The notes beneath the pieces were generated by a model. That model ran no database searches. It had not been told where the DNA came from and worked only from the letters and a program-made list of their open reading frames with translations. From Sedimentisphaerales bacterium (lineage in GTDB: Bacteria > Planctomycetota > Phycisphaerae > Sedimentisphaerales > Anaerobacaceae), in assembly GCA_963708075.1 (NCBI GenBank), contig OY970194.1, positions 7,451,526 through 7,515,525 of the forward strand: DNA of 64,000 nt. The letters are read 5' to 3'. Below are positions 40,859 through 50,957 of the stretch, piece by piece. The translations under genes were made by a program, and so were the position numbers. Every line of letters starts with the position of its first letter. Positions within the stretch are counted from its first letter, which is position 1.

Positions 40859-41920
40859 TCATGATAATTCCGATAATGTTTCCAGAAGCCTGGGGATGAT
40901 CTCCGCCTCCGGGACGGTGGCGATCTTTTGGCCGTGCCGGTAGAAGAAGGCCTTGCCCTTGGCGGCACAAATGGCGAAATCGGCGTCGGCCGCCTCGCCC
41001 GGACCATTGACCACGCAACCCATGACGGCCACGCGATACGGCTTATTCACCTCGCGAAGGGCCTTCTCCACCTGTTTTGCCAGCTTGATGATGTCGATCT
41101 CGGTTCGCCCGCAGGTGGGGCAGACGATCAGCTCCGGCGTGGACCGCTCGCGCAGCCCCAGCGAGATGAGAATCTGTGAGGCGATCTGCGTCTCGATCAC
41201 CGGATCGCCGGCGGCGCTGACCCGGATCGTATCGCCGATCCCCTCGGCCAGGAGTGTGCCGAGGGCGATGGCGGACGGGATTGTCGCGTCTTCCGGCAGG
41301 CCGGCGTGCGTCAGGCCGAGGTGGAGCGGATACCGGAAGCTCTCGGCGATGCGCCGGTTAACCTCGATAGTCCGCACGGTGTCGCTGCTCTTGGCGCTAA
41401 GCACCAGTTGATCGAATCCCCGGTCCTCGAACAGGCGAATGTACTGACGCATTTCATCGAGCATCAGCTCGGTCCGTCGCTCGGGCGGGACCGCCTCCTG
41501 GCTAAGGTCGCGGATGCTGGCCTCGTTGACGCCAATGCGGATTGCGGCCTTGTGCGACTTGGCGGCGTCGATGACCCGGTGGATGTCCTCCCGGTTCTTG
41601 ATGTTGCCCGGATTCAGCCGGATCTTGGCCGCTCCGGCCTCGATAGCCTCAATGGCGCGCTCCGGGCTGAAGTGCACGTCGGCGATCAACGGAACGTCGA
41701 CGCGCTTGACGATCTCGGCGAATGCGGCCGTATCTGCCTGCCGGGGAACGGCTACCCGCACCAGCGCGCAACCCGCCCGCGTGAGCTGCTCGATCTGCCC
41801 GACGCATCGGTCGATGTCCGTCGTGGGGACCTTGGTCATCGACTGGATGACGACGGGGGCAGAGGAACCGAGCCGCACAGAGCCAACGCTTACAGTTGTC
41901 GTGAGTCTTCTTGCAACCAC
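40859..41920 (-). CDS. ispG: (E)-4-hydroxy-3-methylbut-2-enyl diphosphate synthase
   Basis: 'IQSMT', 'ADVHF', 'RLNPGN', 'GIGDTIRVS', 'CPTCGR' and 'MGCVVNGPGE'. Confidence 0.96.
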   Translation of the reverse strand: MVARRLTTTVSVGSVRLGSSAPVVIQSMTKVPTTDIDRCVGQIEQLTRAGCALVRVAVPRQADTAAFAEIVKRVDVPLIADVHFSPERAIEAIEAGAAKIRLNPGNIKNREDIHRVIDAAKSHKAAIRIGVNEASIRDLSQEAVPPERRTELMLDEMRQYIRLFEDRGFDQLVLSAKSSDTVRTIEVNRRIAESFRYPLHLGLTHAGLPEDATIPSAIALGTLLAEGIGDTIRVSAAGDPVIETQIASQILISLGLRERSTPELIVCPTCGRTEIDIIKLAKQVEKALREVNKPYRVAVMGCVVNGPGEAADADFAICAAKGKAFFYRHGQKIATVPEAEIIPRLLETLSELS

Positions 41921-42012
41921 GCAGGAATTGTAGCTTGTCCGGCACTGTCCGGCAAACTAAAATGCCGCCGCGTGCTGAACCGTATGCAGGAAATCGTGAG
42001 TGGAAGGATTCT

Positions 42013-43893
42013 ATGAACTACAATTCGGTCGTTGCATTGTTTATCGCCGTTTCATTCGCGTCGAGCGCCGGCCGGGCGGCCACCGTGGCTTGTCGCATGT
42101 GGGAGAAGGTCGAGATCGTCCTGCAGGCGGACAACAACTACGAGAATCCCTACGAAGACGTGACCGTCTGGGTGGATTTGACGGGGCCGGATTTCCAGAA
42201 GCGGTGTTACGGCTTCTGGGACGGCGGCAACACGTTCCGTGTGCGGATCCTGACGACCGGGCCGGGCTGGTGGAACTGGGTCAGCGGCTCAAACCAGAAT
42301 GACGGCGGCCTCAACGCCAAGAAGGGCGTCTTCGCCTCGACTGCGTGGTCGGCGATTGAGAAAGCAGGCAATCCGTGCCGGCGGGGGATGGTGCGCCCGA
42401 CAGCTAACGGCCGGGCCTTCGAATATGCCGACGGGACGCCGTTCTTTCTGTTGGGCGACACCTGGTGGTCCGTGGGCACGTTTCGCTACCCCTGGCGTGA
42501 TGGGGACAAACACCGGCCCATCGGACCCGATGCAGGTTTCCAGGATTACGTGCGATTCGCCAGGGAGCAGGGCTATAACTGTATCGCGATGATCGCCGCC
42601 TTTCCGAACTGGGCCAATGACGGCAAGCCCGCCCATCTGCAGACTGCTGACGGCACGGTGCTGCGATCCGCCTGGCAGCAGGCGGGGACGAACAGCGCCA
42701 AGGACATGCACGACGAGGCGGGCAACCGGGCGTTCCTGTTTCCAGGCAAAGCGCCGGGTTATGAGCAGGTCTTCCCGGATCTGGACCGCATCAATCCAGC
42801 CTACTTCCGCAGTCTCGACCGCAAGATCGACTACCTCAACGCCAATGGGATCATTCCGTTCATCGAGGTGGCCCGGCGGGACATCGGGCAGGGGTGGAAG
42901 AAGTACCACAAATGGCCGGACTCGTACACGCGGTATATCCAGTATGTCTGGAGTCGCTACCAGGCGAATATCTGCTTCTTCAGCCCGATTCACTTCGATT
43001 CGCCCGGGGCGACAATCCCGGCCGACGACTGGAACGCGGCGGCCAACGCCGTCATTGACAAGTTCGGCCCGCCGCCGTTTGGCACGCTGGTGAGCTGCAA
43101 CTCGAATCCATCGTCGTTGCGAGACTTCGGGCACGCGGACAAGGCCAAATGGCTGACCTTTCACCAGATCGGCAATGGTCAGCGGACCCACAACAGTTAC
43201 GAGCTCCTGACCGAGATTTTCCGCACGACTCCGCCCATGCCGGCGATCAACGGCGAGCCGTACTATGCGGGAATGGAGCGGCCGGGCTGGGAGAGGGACG
43301 TCAATGCCGTGGGTGAGGAAGGGGCCCCCGGCGGCAGTCTCCTCTCGGACCTTTACTGCCGCTCGGCGATGTACGGCAGCGTCCTGTCCGGAGGATTCGG
43401 CGGGCACATCTACGGCGCCGGCGGCTGGGACGGCGGCCTGTGGGGCGGCAATATCGAGCCACAGGCCAAAACCCATATCTGGGAGGTCATCCAGTGGCCC
43501 TCCGGCTCACAGATGAGACACCTTGCCCGGTTCGTGCTCTCGGAGGGACGCGCCTACCAGAAGCTCGTGCCACATGCTGAGTTGGTTACGCCGAACCGCT
43601 CGGGGCCCGAGAAGGATTTTGTCGGCTGGGCCTACTGCGCCCGGACTGATGATAAGAAGCTCTTCCTCATCTACTTCGAGAAGGACTGCCCGCAGGCGAC
43701 CGTCTCCGGCGCGACCCCCGGCGCGTCATACGATGCCATCTGGTTCGACCCGCGCACCGGCAGCCGGACAGAGGTCGCTGTGCCGGACGCAGAGGACAAC
43801 GGCATGATTCTTCTCCCGACCTTCCCCGATGGATCGACGAAATCAAAGCTCGACTGGGCTCTGAAACTGACCCAGAGGGCAGATCGTCAATAG
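42013..43893 (+). CDS. Secreted DUF5060/DUF4038 (apiosidase-like glycoside hydrolase) protein
   Basis: Signal peptide; 'GFWDGG..FRVR', 'DGTPFF.LGDTWW', 'NGEPYY' and C-terminal 'WFDPRTG'. Confidence 0.8.
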   Translation: MNYNSVVALFIAVSFASSAGRAATVACRMWEKVEIVLQADNNYENPYEDVTVWVDLTGPDFQKRCYGFWDGGNTFRVRILTTGPGWWNWVSGSNQNDGGLNAKKGVFASTAWSAIEKAGNPCRRGMVRPTANGRAFEYADGTPFFLLGDTWWSVGTFRYPWRDGDKHRPIGPDAGFQDYVRFAREQGYNCIAMIAAFPNWANDGKPAHLQTADGTVLRSAWQQAGTNSAKDMHDEAGNRAFLFPGKAPGYEQVFPDLDRINPAYFRSLDRKIDYLNANGIIPFIEVARRDIGQGWKKYHKWPDSYTRYIQYVWSRYQANICFFSPIHFDSPGATIPADDWNAAANAVIDKFGPPPFGTLVSCNSNPSSLRDFGHADKAKWLTFHQIGNGQRTHNSYELLTEIFRTTPPMPAINGEPYYAGMERPGWERDVNAVGEEGAPGGSLLSDLYCRSAMYGSVLSGGFGGHIYGAGGWDGGLWGGNIEPQAKTHIWEVIQWPSGSQMRHLARFVLSEGRAYQKLVPHAELVTPNRSGPEKDFVGWAYCARTDDKKLFLIYFEKDCPQATVSGATPGASYDAIWFDPRTGSRTEVAVPDAEDNGMILLPTFPDGSTKSKLDWALKLTQRADRQ

Positions 43894-44032
43894 GCATATG
43901 CCTATTGACCGGGTGCCATGTCCACGCTTGCGTGGACATGTTCGTCTCAATGCTCAGCACATGCTTACGCGAGCGTAAGCATGGCATCCGGACTCCCGGT
44001 GTGACGCGAGGTAATTCACATTGTTTGTGCAT

Positions 44033-45034
44033 CTATGGCGTGGTCCACTTCAGGCGGGTGATGCGGATGCCGTCGAGGGCGCCCTCGTTCAGGGCGGCGA
44101 TGTAATACTGGCCTTCGTGCAGGATGATCTCCGGGGCCGCTACGGGCAACGCGCAAAGAAGGTACTTCCCATCCTGATTGATGCCGAACATGGTGGGATC
44201 GACGGAGTAGTAGACGCTGGTCTTGGCCGGGCCTCGTTTGCGGATGTCGCCTTTCTCCGGGTTGCCGTAGGATTGGGTGCGAAGGAGATAGAAACTGTGA
44301 TCGCTGAGCTTGACGACATGGGGACACTCCGCCGACCAGGGCCCGGTGGTCGCCTGGCCGCCGAAAGCGACGACCGTTGACTCGCTCCACTGCTTGAAAT
44401 CCGCCGTCGTTCGCAGGCAGTCCATACCCTGGTTGTTCGGGTGGCAGGTGTAGTAGGCGTACCATCTCCCGTCGTGGGGCAGGATCATGATATCCCGCGT
44501 ATTTACGTCGGGGCCCTCGCTGAACATGCCGGTCTTACCGTTGGGCTGGACGACGCGAGTGAAGCTCTTGCCGTCCTTGCTCGTCGCGTGGCAGATATTG
44601 ACCCAGTCGCCATAGAGCATATGCCATGTGTCGCCGATCTTGACCACGTGCGGGGCCTGGAGCCCGCCGGGAGTCTCGCCCAGCGAGGGATCGGCCTCCA
44701 TGGCAATTCCCATCGGTGTCCAATTCGGATCGGCCAAGCGCTTGCCTTCCCAGCGGTAGAAGAATCGCGTCCTGCCGCCTTTGCCGCCGGCGGTGGTGCC
44801 GCGGATACACGACCAAAGCTGCCAGGAACCGTCCGCCGCCTGCCAGACAGCGAAATCCACCGGCTCCTGCTTCTGCGTCGCATACTTGTGGTCCATCGGA
44901 TTGCCGGCCACCTGCCACCATGGCCCGTCAATCTGTGGGACGGGGACATCTTTAGGTGTTGCGGCCACGTTGGCCACTATGCCGGTAATCACCACTGCAC
45001 AGGCTGCCGCCCATCCCATATGGGCATTTGCCAT
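44033..45034 (-). CDS. Secreted five-bladed beta-propeller glycoside hydrolase-like protein (GH32/43-like)
   Basis: Signal peptide; 'APHV', 'RD', 'AECPHV' and 'AAPEI'. Confidence 0.7.
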   Translation of the reverse strand: MANAHMGWAAACAVVITGIVANVAATPKDVPVPQIDGPWWQVAGNPMDHKYATQKQEPVDFAVWQAADGSWQLWSCIRGTTAGGKGGRTRFFYRWEGKRLADPNWTPMGIAMEADPSLGETPGGLQAPHVVKIGDTWHMLYGDWVNICHATSKDGKSFTRVVQPNGKTGMFSEGPDVNTRDIMILPHDGRWYAYYTCHPNNQGMDCLRTTADFKQWSESTVVAFGGQATTGPWSAECPHVVKLSDHSFYLLRTQSYGNPEKGDIRKRGPAKTSVYYSVDPTMFGINQDGKYLLCALPVAAPEIILHEGQYYIAALNEGALDGIRITRLKWTTP

Positions 45035-45123
45035 TGTTCTATCCTCCTTTGCACGCGATGGGCGCTTTCAGCCAGCCCTGTCAAGGTGGCTGCTGATGTT
45101 GCGCATTTGGGACCCATTGCTTT

Positions 45124-45915
45124 TCACCTTGACAGGGCGGTGCTTTCAGGCTGCTGCGAAAGGGCATTCAACACACCGGTCAATTCCTGCTGTGTGACCT
45201 GGCCGACGGCACAGTATGAGTATTCACCGATGCGGACAGAGGCCATGTTGCAGTTCCCGCACGCAGCTTTCCAAACAGTTCGCTTGGCCGCGGCTTTGTC
45301 ATCTGCGGGTGTCATGCCCAGCGCCTTGGGCGACTGCGGGACCACGATAACGGATACGGGGGCATTCGGCCCTTTGACGACGTAGCTTGCCACTTGGCGG
45401 CCGCAAAACTTTCGTACGCTACACCCACATGCCCCGGTGCAGGACATGACCGGGTTCGAGCCCCCTTTGATCTGAATGAGCGTGCCGAGCTCGTTTGCGT
45501 CGTGGCCGTTTGCAGGCTGTGCAAGAGAGCTGAGATTGGCGCGGTGAATCCCAACCAGTTCAATCTGGGCCGCCTTGATCTGGGAACCTGTATTGACATA
45601 GAAGGCCACGAATGCGACAGCGATCAGAATGATCGCCGCGGCGGCAAACGCGGACCAGATGTGCCGATGGAATCGCAAAGGAGTGATCTGGGGCTTTGCG
45701 GCGGAAGCCGTTTGTCCGGCGGCCATATCCGCACGGATTCGGTTCATCAAATCCGGTCCGGCCTGAATCGCGGAGAACGCGCCTCGCACTCTCCGGGTTA
45801 GAGCGCGTTTTTCCTCCAGGCGGGCCCGGCAGTCCGGACACTGGGCAACGTGCTCAGGGACTGGCCCGTCTCCCTGCAAGATTTCCTCAAATTGTTCCTG
45901 CGTCAGATGGCTCAT
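45124..45915 (-). CDS. Zinc-binding (ZAS) anti-sigma factor with Cys-rich periplasmic domain
   Basis: 'HVAQCPDC' (HxxxCxxC), TM helix, ATGA overlap with the sigma gene. Confidence 0.85.
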   Translation of the reverse strand: MSHLTQEQFEEILQGDGPVPEHVAQCPDCRARLEEKRALTRRVRGAFSAIQAGPDLMNRIRADMAAGQTASAAKPQITPLRFHRHIWSAFAAAAIILIAVAFVAFYVNTGSQIKAAQIELVGIHRANLSSLAQPANGHDANELGTLIQIKGGSNPVMSCTGACGCSVRKFCGRQVASYVVKGPNAPVSVIVVPQSPKALGMTPADDKAAAKRTVWKAACGNCNMASVRIGEYSYCAVGQVTQQELTGVLNALSQQPESTALSR

Positions 45916-46463
45916 CGGTTTCGCCCTGTGAATCCCATCTCCTTGGCGTACGACAGTAAATGGCTCTTCAGCTCATCTCTGGCCCGACTGGTTCGGCTCT
46001 TGACTGTCCCGACCGCGACGCCCATGATATCCGCCACTTCCTGGTGGCTCAGTTGCTCGACATCGACCAGGAACAGCGTCAATCGCTGATCCTCGGGCAA
46101 GCGCTTGAGTGCGCGGATGATCTGCTCGTCCGAAAAATTCTCCAGCAAATCCTCGGGATTCGACCACACGGTCTGCCCGACCGGGGCTTCCGTGGGCAAC
46201 AGTTCTTCATCGAGCGGCACCGAGTTGCCGGCCACCTTCCGGTGCCTGAGGTGGTCGATCCGGATATTCCTCATGATTTGAAAGAGCCATGCCTTACAGT
46301 TGGTTCCGACTGCGAACGTATGGAACCGCTCCAAGGCCCGTGCGAACGTGGCCTGGGCCAGGTCGTCCGCATCGTCAGACCGGCCACAGAGGGCTACCGC
46401 CGCTCTGTATACGCTGTCGAGGTGCGGCAGCGCGACCTGCTCAAAACCTTCCGGGCCCTGCAT
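45912..46463 (-). CDS. ECF sigma factor (SigH/SigR-like)
   Basis: 'DADDLAQATF', 'GTNCKAWLF.I' and 'VAVGTVKSRTSRAR'. Confidence 0.93.
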   Translation of the reverse strand: MQGPEGFEQVALPHLDSVYRAAVALCGRSDDADDLAQATFARALERFHTFAVGTNCKAWLFQIMRNIRIDHLRHRKVAGNSVPLDEELLPTEAPVGQTVWSNPEDLLENFSDEQIIRALKRLPEDQRLTLFLVDVEQLSHQEVADIMGVAVGTVKSRTSRARDELKSHLLSYAKEMGFTGRNR

Positions 46464-46481
46464 CTGTCTGGCTGTTTCCTG

Positions 46482-46512
46482 ATCTAAACGATTCTTCCGC
46501 GCAAAAGGTTCC
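46482..46512 (-). promoter_or_regulatory. ECF promoter GGAAC-N17-CGTTTAGAT (sigma autoregulation)
   Basis: -35 and -10 boxes identical to the divergent copy at 46631..46661. Confidence 0.7.
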
Positions 46513-46630
46513 CCAAAAGACCGGCCACCATCCGGGTCTGGACAAGATACAATAGCCGTTCAGGCGTCTTTGTGTCAAGCGATCCATGGTCGGAGTCATT
46601 CTCTGCCCGCCTGGAAAAATACGTTTCCTT

Positions 46631-46661
46631 GGAACGTTGCCGACCGGCGGACCGTTTAGAT
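46631..46661 (+). promoter_or_regulatory. ECF promoter GGAAC-N17-CGTTTAGAT for the divergent gene
   Basis: Same boxes and spacing as 46482..46512. Confidence 0.7.
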
Positions 46662-46720
46662 GGCAAATCATGACAGGTTCACCTGAGGTCAATGATAGCA
46701 TGTTCAGAAAGGAGATGGAA

Positions 46721-47308
46721 ATGAACGGGGACAAACACCGGATTCCGAGGGCAGGAGTCATTTTCATGACTATTGCTGCCGGTATCTTCGTCGTTGCTGC
46801 GGGAGGCTATGCACAGCAGCATGGGGATCGTGGGCCGGGTAGTCTACAGCAGACCACAAGCGTGGGAAAACAGGCGGTCGAGGGCTTGGACACGATTTAC
46901 GCGAAGAAGGTGCCGGCTGTGCAGGAGGTGCTCGCACGGGCGATCCAGCACCTCGAAGCCGGCCGTCAGCAGGAAGCCCTGAAGGAGCTGAGGCGAGCCC
47001 AAAGCTCGCTTGAAGCCGTCCGCCAGGCACTTGGCAAGCACGTGGAGCCGTCGATCGTCAACGACCGCTGTCCCATCATGGGGTCGAGAATCAGTGCGGA
47101 CAAGGTTCCGGCAAACCTGACGAGGATGTTCAACGGACAAAAGGTGGCATTCTGCTGTGCCGGCTGCCCAAATGCGTGGGATCAGCTTGATGACGCTCAG
47201 AAGACGGCCAAGTTAGCGAGCGTGATGGCCGGACCGCAAAAGGGGGCGGTTCCGTTGCGGAAGACACCTGCCGAACCGCAGCAAAACGGGGTCTCGCACA
47301 CACATTGA
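46721..47308 (+). CDS. Exported protein with YHS/TRASH-like metal-binding motif
   Basis: Signal/TM segment; 'NDRCPIMG' and 'VAFCCAGC'; AAGGAG RBS. Confidence 0.75.
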   Translation: MNGDKHRIPRAGVIFMTIAAGIFVVAAGGYAQQHGDRGPGSLQQTTSVGKQAVEGLDTIYAKKVPAVQEVLARAIQHLEAGRQQEALKELRRAQSSLEAVRQALGKHVEPSIVNDRCPIMGSRISADKVPANLTRMFNGQKVAFCCAGCPNAWDQLDDAQKTAKLASVMAGPQKGAVPLRKTPAEPQQNGVSHTH

Positions 47309-47336
47309 TCGGGCGAGTCGCTGATCCGCGGCTTTG

Positions 47337-48533
47337 CTACTTCAGCTCGACGGATCCGTTGGCAGAGGCCAGGTGGAGCGAGCCGGCTCCCTGGCCGATC
47401 GTGCCGCTGATGTTCTTCTTGCCGATCTCGCCACTCATGGTGACAGGTCGGGCCGTTCGCACGGAACCGAAATCGGTCGAGAGATGCACCCGGCCTGCGA
47501 ACTGGGGCGGGGCGGCGAAGTCGATGCTGCCGAAATCGCTCCTGACCTCTGCCTTGAGGTCGGCCGGGCAGGATTCGGTGCAGGCGATGTTGACGCTGCC
47601 GTTTCCCGAGCGGGCCGTGATGTTCGTTGTGGTGATCTGTTGCGCCCGGATCGCGCCAAATGATGTGGCCAGGCCCAGGGTAGGAGCGTCCACGTTCGCA
47701 AGCTCCACGCTGCCGTTGTTGGAACTCAGCTTGACTGTCTTGCCTTTCAGATCGTTGCAGTTGATGGCGCCGAAGGACGACGAGGCGTCACATTCGCCGA
47801 CCGAGCCGCGCGTCAACGAGATTCTGCCGTTGTCCGATCTCAGGTGAAAATCGCCATCGGAGAAACTCTGGCAGGTAATAGAGCCGAAGGACGTCTCGAC
47901 CTTTGCCGAGCCCTTGAGATCCGCCATGGTGATTGAGCCGTTGCTGCTCTTCAGTTCCGTCATCTGTCCGGTGACGTTCGTGCAGGTAATCGCCCCGAAG
48001 GAAGTGCGCAGATTGACCGGCCCCTGGATATTCCTGGCCTCGACGGAGCCATTGTCTGACTTCCCGGTGACCGCGCCCTCCACGCCGGCCACGTGCAGGC
48101 TGCCGAAGCTGCTCTCGCACTGGACGTTCATCCGCCGTGGGGCGGTGATCGTATAGCTGACACCGACACCGCGGTTGTTGCCTGTGGTAGGTGTATCAGC
48201 CCTGACCCGCAGTGTGTTGCCGACCGATTCCAGCCGGATTTGGGTCTTCTCGGCCAGTTCCTGTGCCTCTTCCTCCGTAGGCGCATAACCTGTGATCGTC
48301 GCCGTTACGTCGAAATTGTCTGCCTCCGCTCCGGTGATCGTGATGGACCCGTTGCGGCTCTCCACGTCGATCGCGACATTCGTCCCGAGGGGCGCCTGCT
48401 GGCTGGCGGTTCTCTCATACTTGGCCTGGTTCCAACCGCCAAACTGGCCGGTGTGTATGACGCATCCTGTCATCTTGAGCGACAGGATGCAGAGGCCCGC
48501 CGCGATACTCATGCTCAACGTACTTCGTGCCAT
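47337..48533 (-). CDS. DUF4097 beta-strand-repeat (adhesin-like) lipoprotein
   Basis: Lipobox-like 'TGC'; alternating 'S.FG.I' and 'S.NG.V' repeats. Confidence 0.8.
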   Translation of the reverse strand: MARSTLSMSIAAGLCILSLKMTGCVIHTGQFGGWNQAKYERTASQQAPLGTNVAIDVESRNGSITITGAEADNFDVTATITGYAPTEEEAQELAEKTQIRLESVGNTLRVRADTPTTGNNRGVGVSYTITAPRRMNVQCESSFGSLHVAGVEGAVTGKSDNGSVEARNIQGPVNLRTSFGAITCTNVTGQMTELKSSNGSITMADLKGSAKVETSFGSITCQSFSDGDFHLRSDNGRISLTRGSVGECDASSSFGAINCNDLKGKTVKLSSNNGSVELANVDAPTLGLATSFGAIRAQQITTTNITARSGNGSVNIACTESCPADLKAEVRSDFGSIDFAAPPQFAGRVHLSTDFGSVRTARPVTMSGEIGKKNISGTIGQGAGSLHLASANGSVELK

Positions 48534-48559
48534 GTTCGGTTCTCCCGTCAAATGAAACT

Positions 48560-49579
48560 TCAGTGGATCGTGATGGAACCATCACCGGTTCTGAGAAAGA
48601 TGCTGCCCTCGCCGGCGCCAATGGTCCCTTTCAGAGATTTGCCGATCTTGCCCTGAATTGTGATGGGCAAGTGCGTGTGGATGGAGCCATCGTCGGTTTG
48701 TGCGTCGATGCCGGCAGACAAGCCGGATGGCGCGGTGAGACTGATGCTGCCATCCGACGTCGTCGCGTGCACGTAGAGCGCCTTCGGCGCCTTGGAAGCG
48801 AATGCGAGTTCCACGCCGCCATCATTCGTTTTGCAGTCCATCCGTGGGACAACGAGGTCGCGGCACCGGATGGACCCATCGCTGGTAACCAGCCCAAGCC
48901 TGTCGGCACGAACCTCATCGAGTGTGATGCCGCCATCGGAACTCCGGGCATCACAGTCTCCGACAGACGCCTGCGAGACTCTGATTGATCCATTGCTCGT
49001 TTGCAGATAGAGCTTGTTTGTATCGAGATGCGAGCAGTGGATCGCGCCATCTGAGGTTCTCAATCTGACGTGGCCGTTGAGATGATCCACTTCAATGCTG
49101 CCGTCCGATGTCTTTGCCTCAATTGTGCCGGTCACGTTGGTGATATTCACACCTCCGTCGCTGGTCTCCAGGGCGAGATTGGTCTTCGCGGGTACATCGC
49201 CGTCCAGGGACACGCTGAAGTGGGCGTTTCGGATGGCAGGGGGCCTGTCGATGACCACCTTGAGGCCGTCGCCGGCAGGTTCCAGTCTCACGTCAATCTG
49301 CTGCGCCAGCTCGTCGGCGCCTTCTTGTGTTCCGGCGTAGGCCACGACTTTCGCCGTCACTCTGCATTCGGTGGTTTCCAGCCCCTCGATGGTGATGGAC
49401 CCGTCGTCCGTGCCGGCGGAGAACGACGAGCCCGGCTGCAATGGGGCCGATAGCCGCACTTCCTTCTCGCATCGGGCCGATTGGGCGTGATTACCGATGT
49501 AGACGCAGGAGGTGGTCAGAAACGCCGTGAGAGCGAGAAGACAGGCGAGTGCAATCCTTGTATGCAGTCCCTTGTTCAT
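48560..49579 (-). CDS. DUF4097 beta-strand-repeat lipoprotein
   Basis: Lipobox-like 'TTSC'; repeated 'TSDGSI'. Confidence 0.82.
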   Translation of the reverse strand: MNKGLHTRIALACLLALTAFLTTSCVYIGNHAQSARCEKEVRLSAPLQPGSSFSAGTDDGSITIEGLETTECRVTAKVVAYAGTQEGADELAQQIDVRLEPAGDGLKVVIDRPPAIRNAHFSVSLDGDVPAKTNLALETSDGGVNITNVTGTIEAKTSDGSIEVDHLNGHVRLRTSDGAIHCSHLDTNKLYLQTSNGSIRVSQASVGDCDARSSDGGITLDEVRADRLGLVTSDGSIRCRDLVVPRMDCKTNDGGVELAFASKAPKALYVHATTSDGSISLTAPSGLSAGIDAQTDDGSIHTHLPITIQGKIGKSLKGTIGAGEGSIFLRTGDGSITIH

Positions 49580-49944
49580 TCCTTCCCCTTTCCATGTTTG
49601 GCTGTAACGTCACGTGATTCGAATAACCACTGATGATGCCGTGCTCTCCCGGCTGCCCGACCTTATGTCTCCTGTTCCGCTGCTACACACAGCGATCATA
49701 TGCCTATCCGGCGCCTCCTGCAAGTCTCCATAGATAGATCAGTCGGGTCAACTCCGGCGAAATTTCACGGTCGGCTCGCTTTTTCCGGCCTTATCGCTGT
49801 AAGTCCTTTGTTTTGCGGGTGTTATCGCCTGAAGGGCCAGGCGCATGGATGTTTGATGGCGTGGCGATTGGAATGGTGGTTATGGATCGGATTGTTCGAT
49901 CCCGGCGTGCACGGCATCCTTGCCCGTCCGATTGTCGTATCGGC

Positions 49945-50379
49945 CTATCTCCTGATGACTCCGGCGTTCCAGTTGCCCGTGGCGGTATCGGCCCGTACTC
50001 CCCGCGTTCCGACAGGGGCAGCAAAATGCAGATAGGAGCCGGCGTCACGTACCTGGAAGACGAGGATATCGTTCGGCTTGATCTTTCGGAACTCGCACTG
50101 CGAGATACCGGGCTCAGTGAGAGTGAGGGGAAGGACGCCGCAGATGGTGGTCCGCTTGCCGTTGCAGATGTAGTACCCTGTGAAATGCCCGCCGGCGGTG
50201 CCGGTGAGTTGCACCACCGTTTTCCGGACTGTACTTGGCGTGGCTTCCAGTCCGCCGCTATGTCTCCACCACGGGGCCGCCGTGCTGGTGGTCAGCAGCA
50301 CCACCGCGGCCGTTGTCGCGATCATCAGTTTTATATGCCGCAAGCCCGAGCCCGAACCCGCTTTACTCATTATGCTCAT
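49945..50379 (-). CDS. Small putative secreted protein
   Basis: Hydrophobic signal-like segment and beta-rich body; lies between two 31-bp dyad sites. Confidence 0.5.
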   Translation of the reverse strand: MSIMSKAGSGSGLRHIKLMIATTAAVVLLTTSTAAPWWRHSGGLEATPSTVRKTVVQLTGTAGGHFTGYYICNGKRTTICGVLPLTLTEPGISQCEFRKIKPNDILVFQVRDAGSYLHFAAPVGTRGVRADTATGNWNAGVIRR

Positions 50380-50841
50380 CCCCCCAGCCTGTATGCCTTG
50401 TTCCCCTGGATCGTGTGTTATGGGTCTTGCCGCCTGTGCCCGCTTCAGTGGAATGCTGAATTCTACCCCTCAAGGCCTTCTTACCGTGAGACCGCCACCG
50501 ACCCCCACGCGTTGTCTGCGTCGATGTGCTCTCTCTGAATATCCTTATGAATAAATCAGTCGTATCAAAATCAAAAAAAATTCCCGGCAAGTCCCTTTAC
50601 GTGACAATCATCGCTGTAAGTCCTTTGCCTCAACGGTGTTATCGCGACCCCCCGTCCGGAGACATAGTGAAAAAAACCTTTCGCCAAGGCCGGAGCCGCG
50701 AACCACGCGAAAGGGACCGCCTCTCACCCCGTCTTCCCTCTTCAAACATCAAACATCAAACTTCAAACATCAGACCCCATTTCACCACGGAGACCACGGA
50801 GAATGAGCTCTCAACTGAGAACTACCAGACAATTCTGATTG

Positions 50842-50957
50842 TCTCACGCAGAGACACTGGGACGCAGAGGGGATGCAACCGCAGATGAACGCAGATTAAC
50901 GCCGATTTCCAACTGAGAACTGACAACCGACAACTGACTACTGCTCCTCCCATTCCG
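50842..50957. repeat. 116-bp inverted repeat, left copy (partner 55261..55376)
   Basis: 111/116 identity to the reverse complement of 55261..55376, counted by eye. Confidence 0.85.

Noticed and set aside
18872..49062. Other GAGAACC/GGTTCTC sites (e.g. 18872, 25311, 37268, 40421, 48408, 49055) as errors
   Set aside because: They lie in uninterrupted, sensible reading frames and so are genuine sequence.
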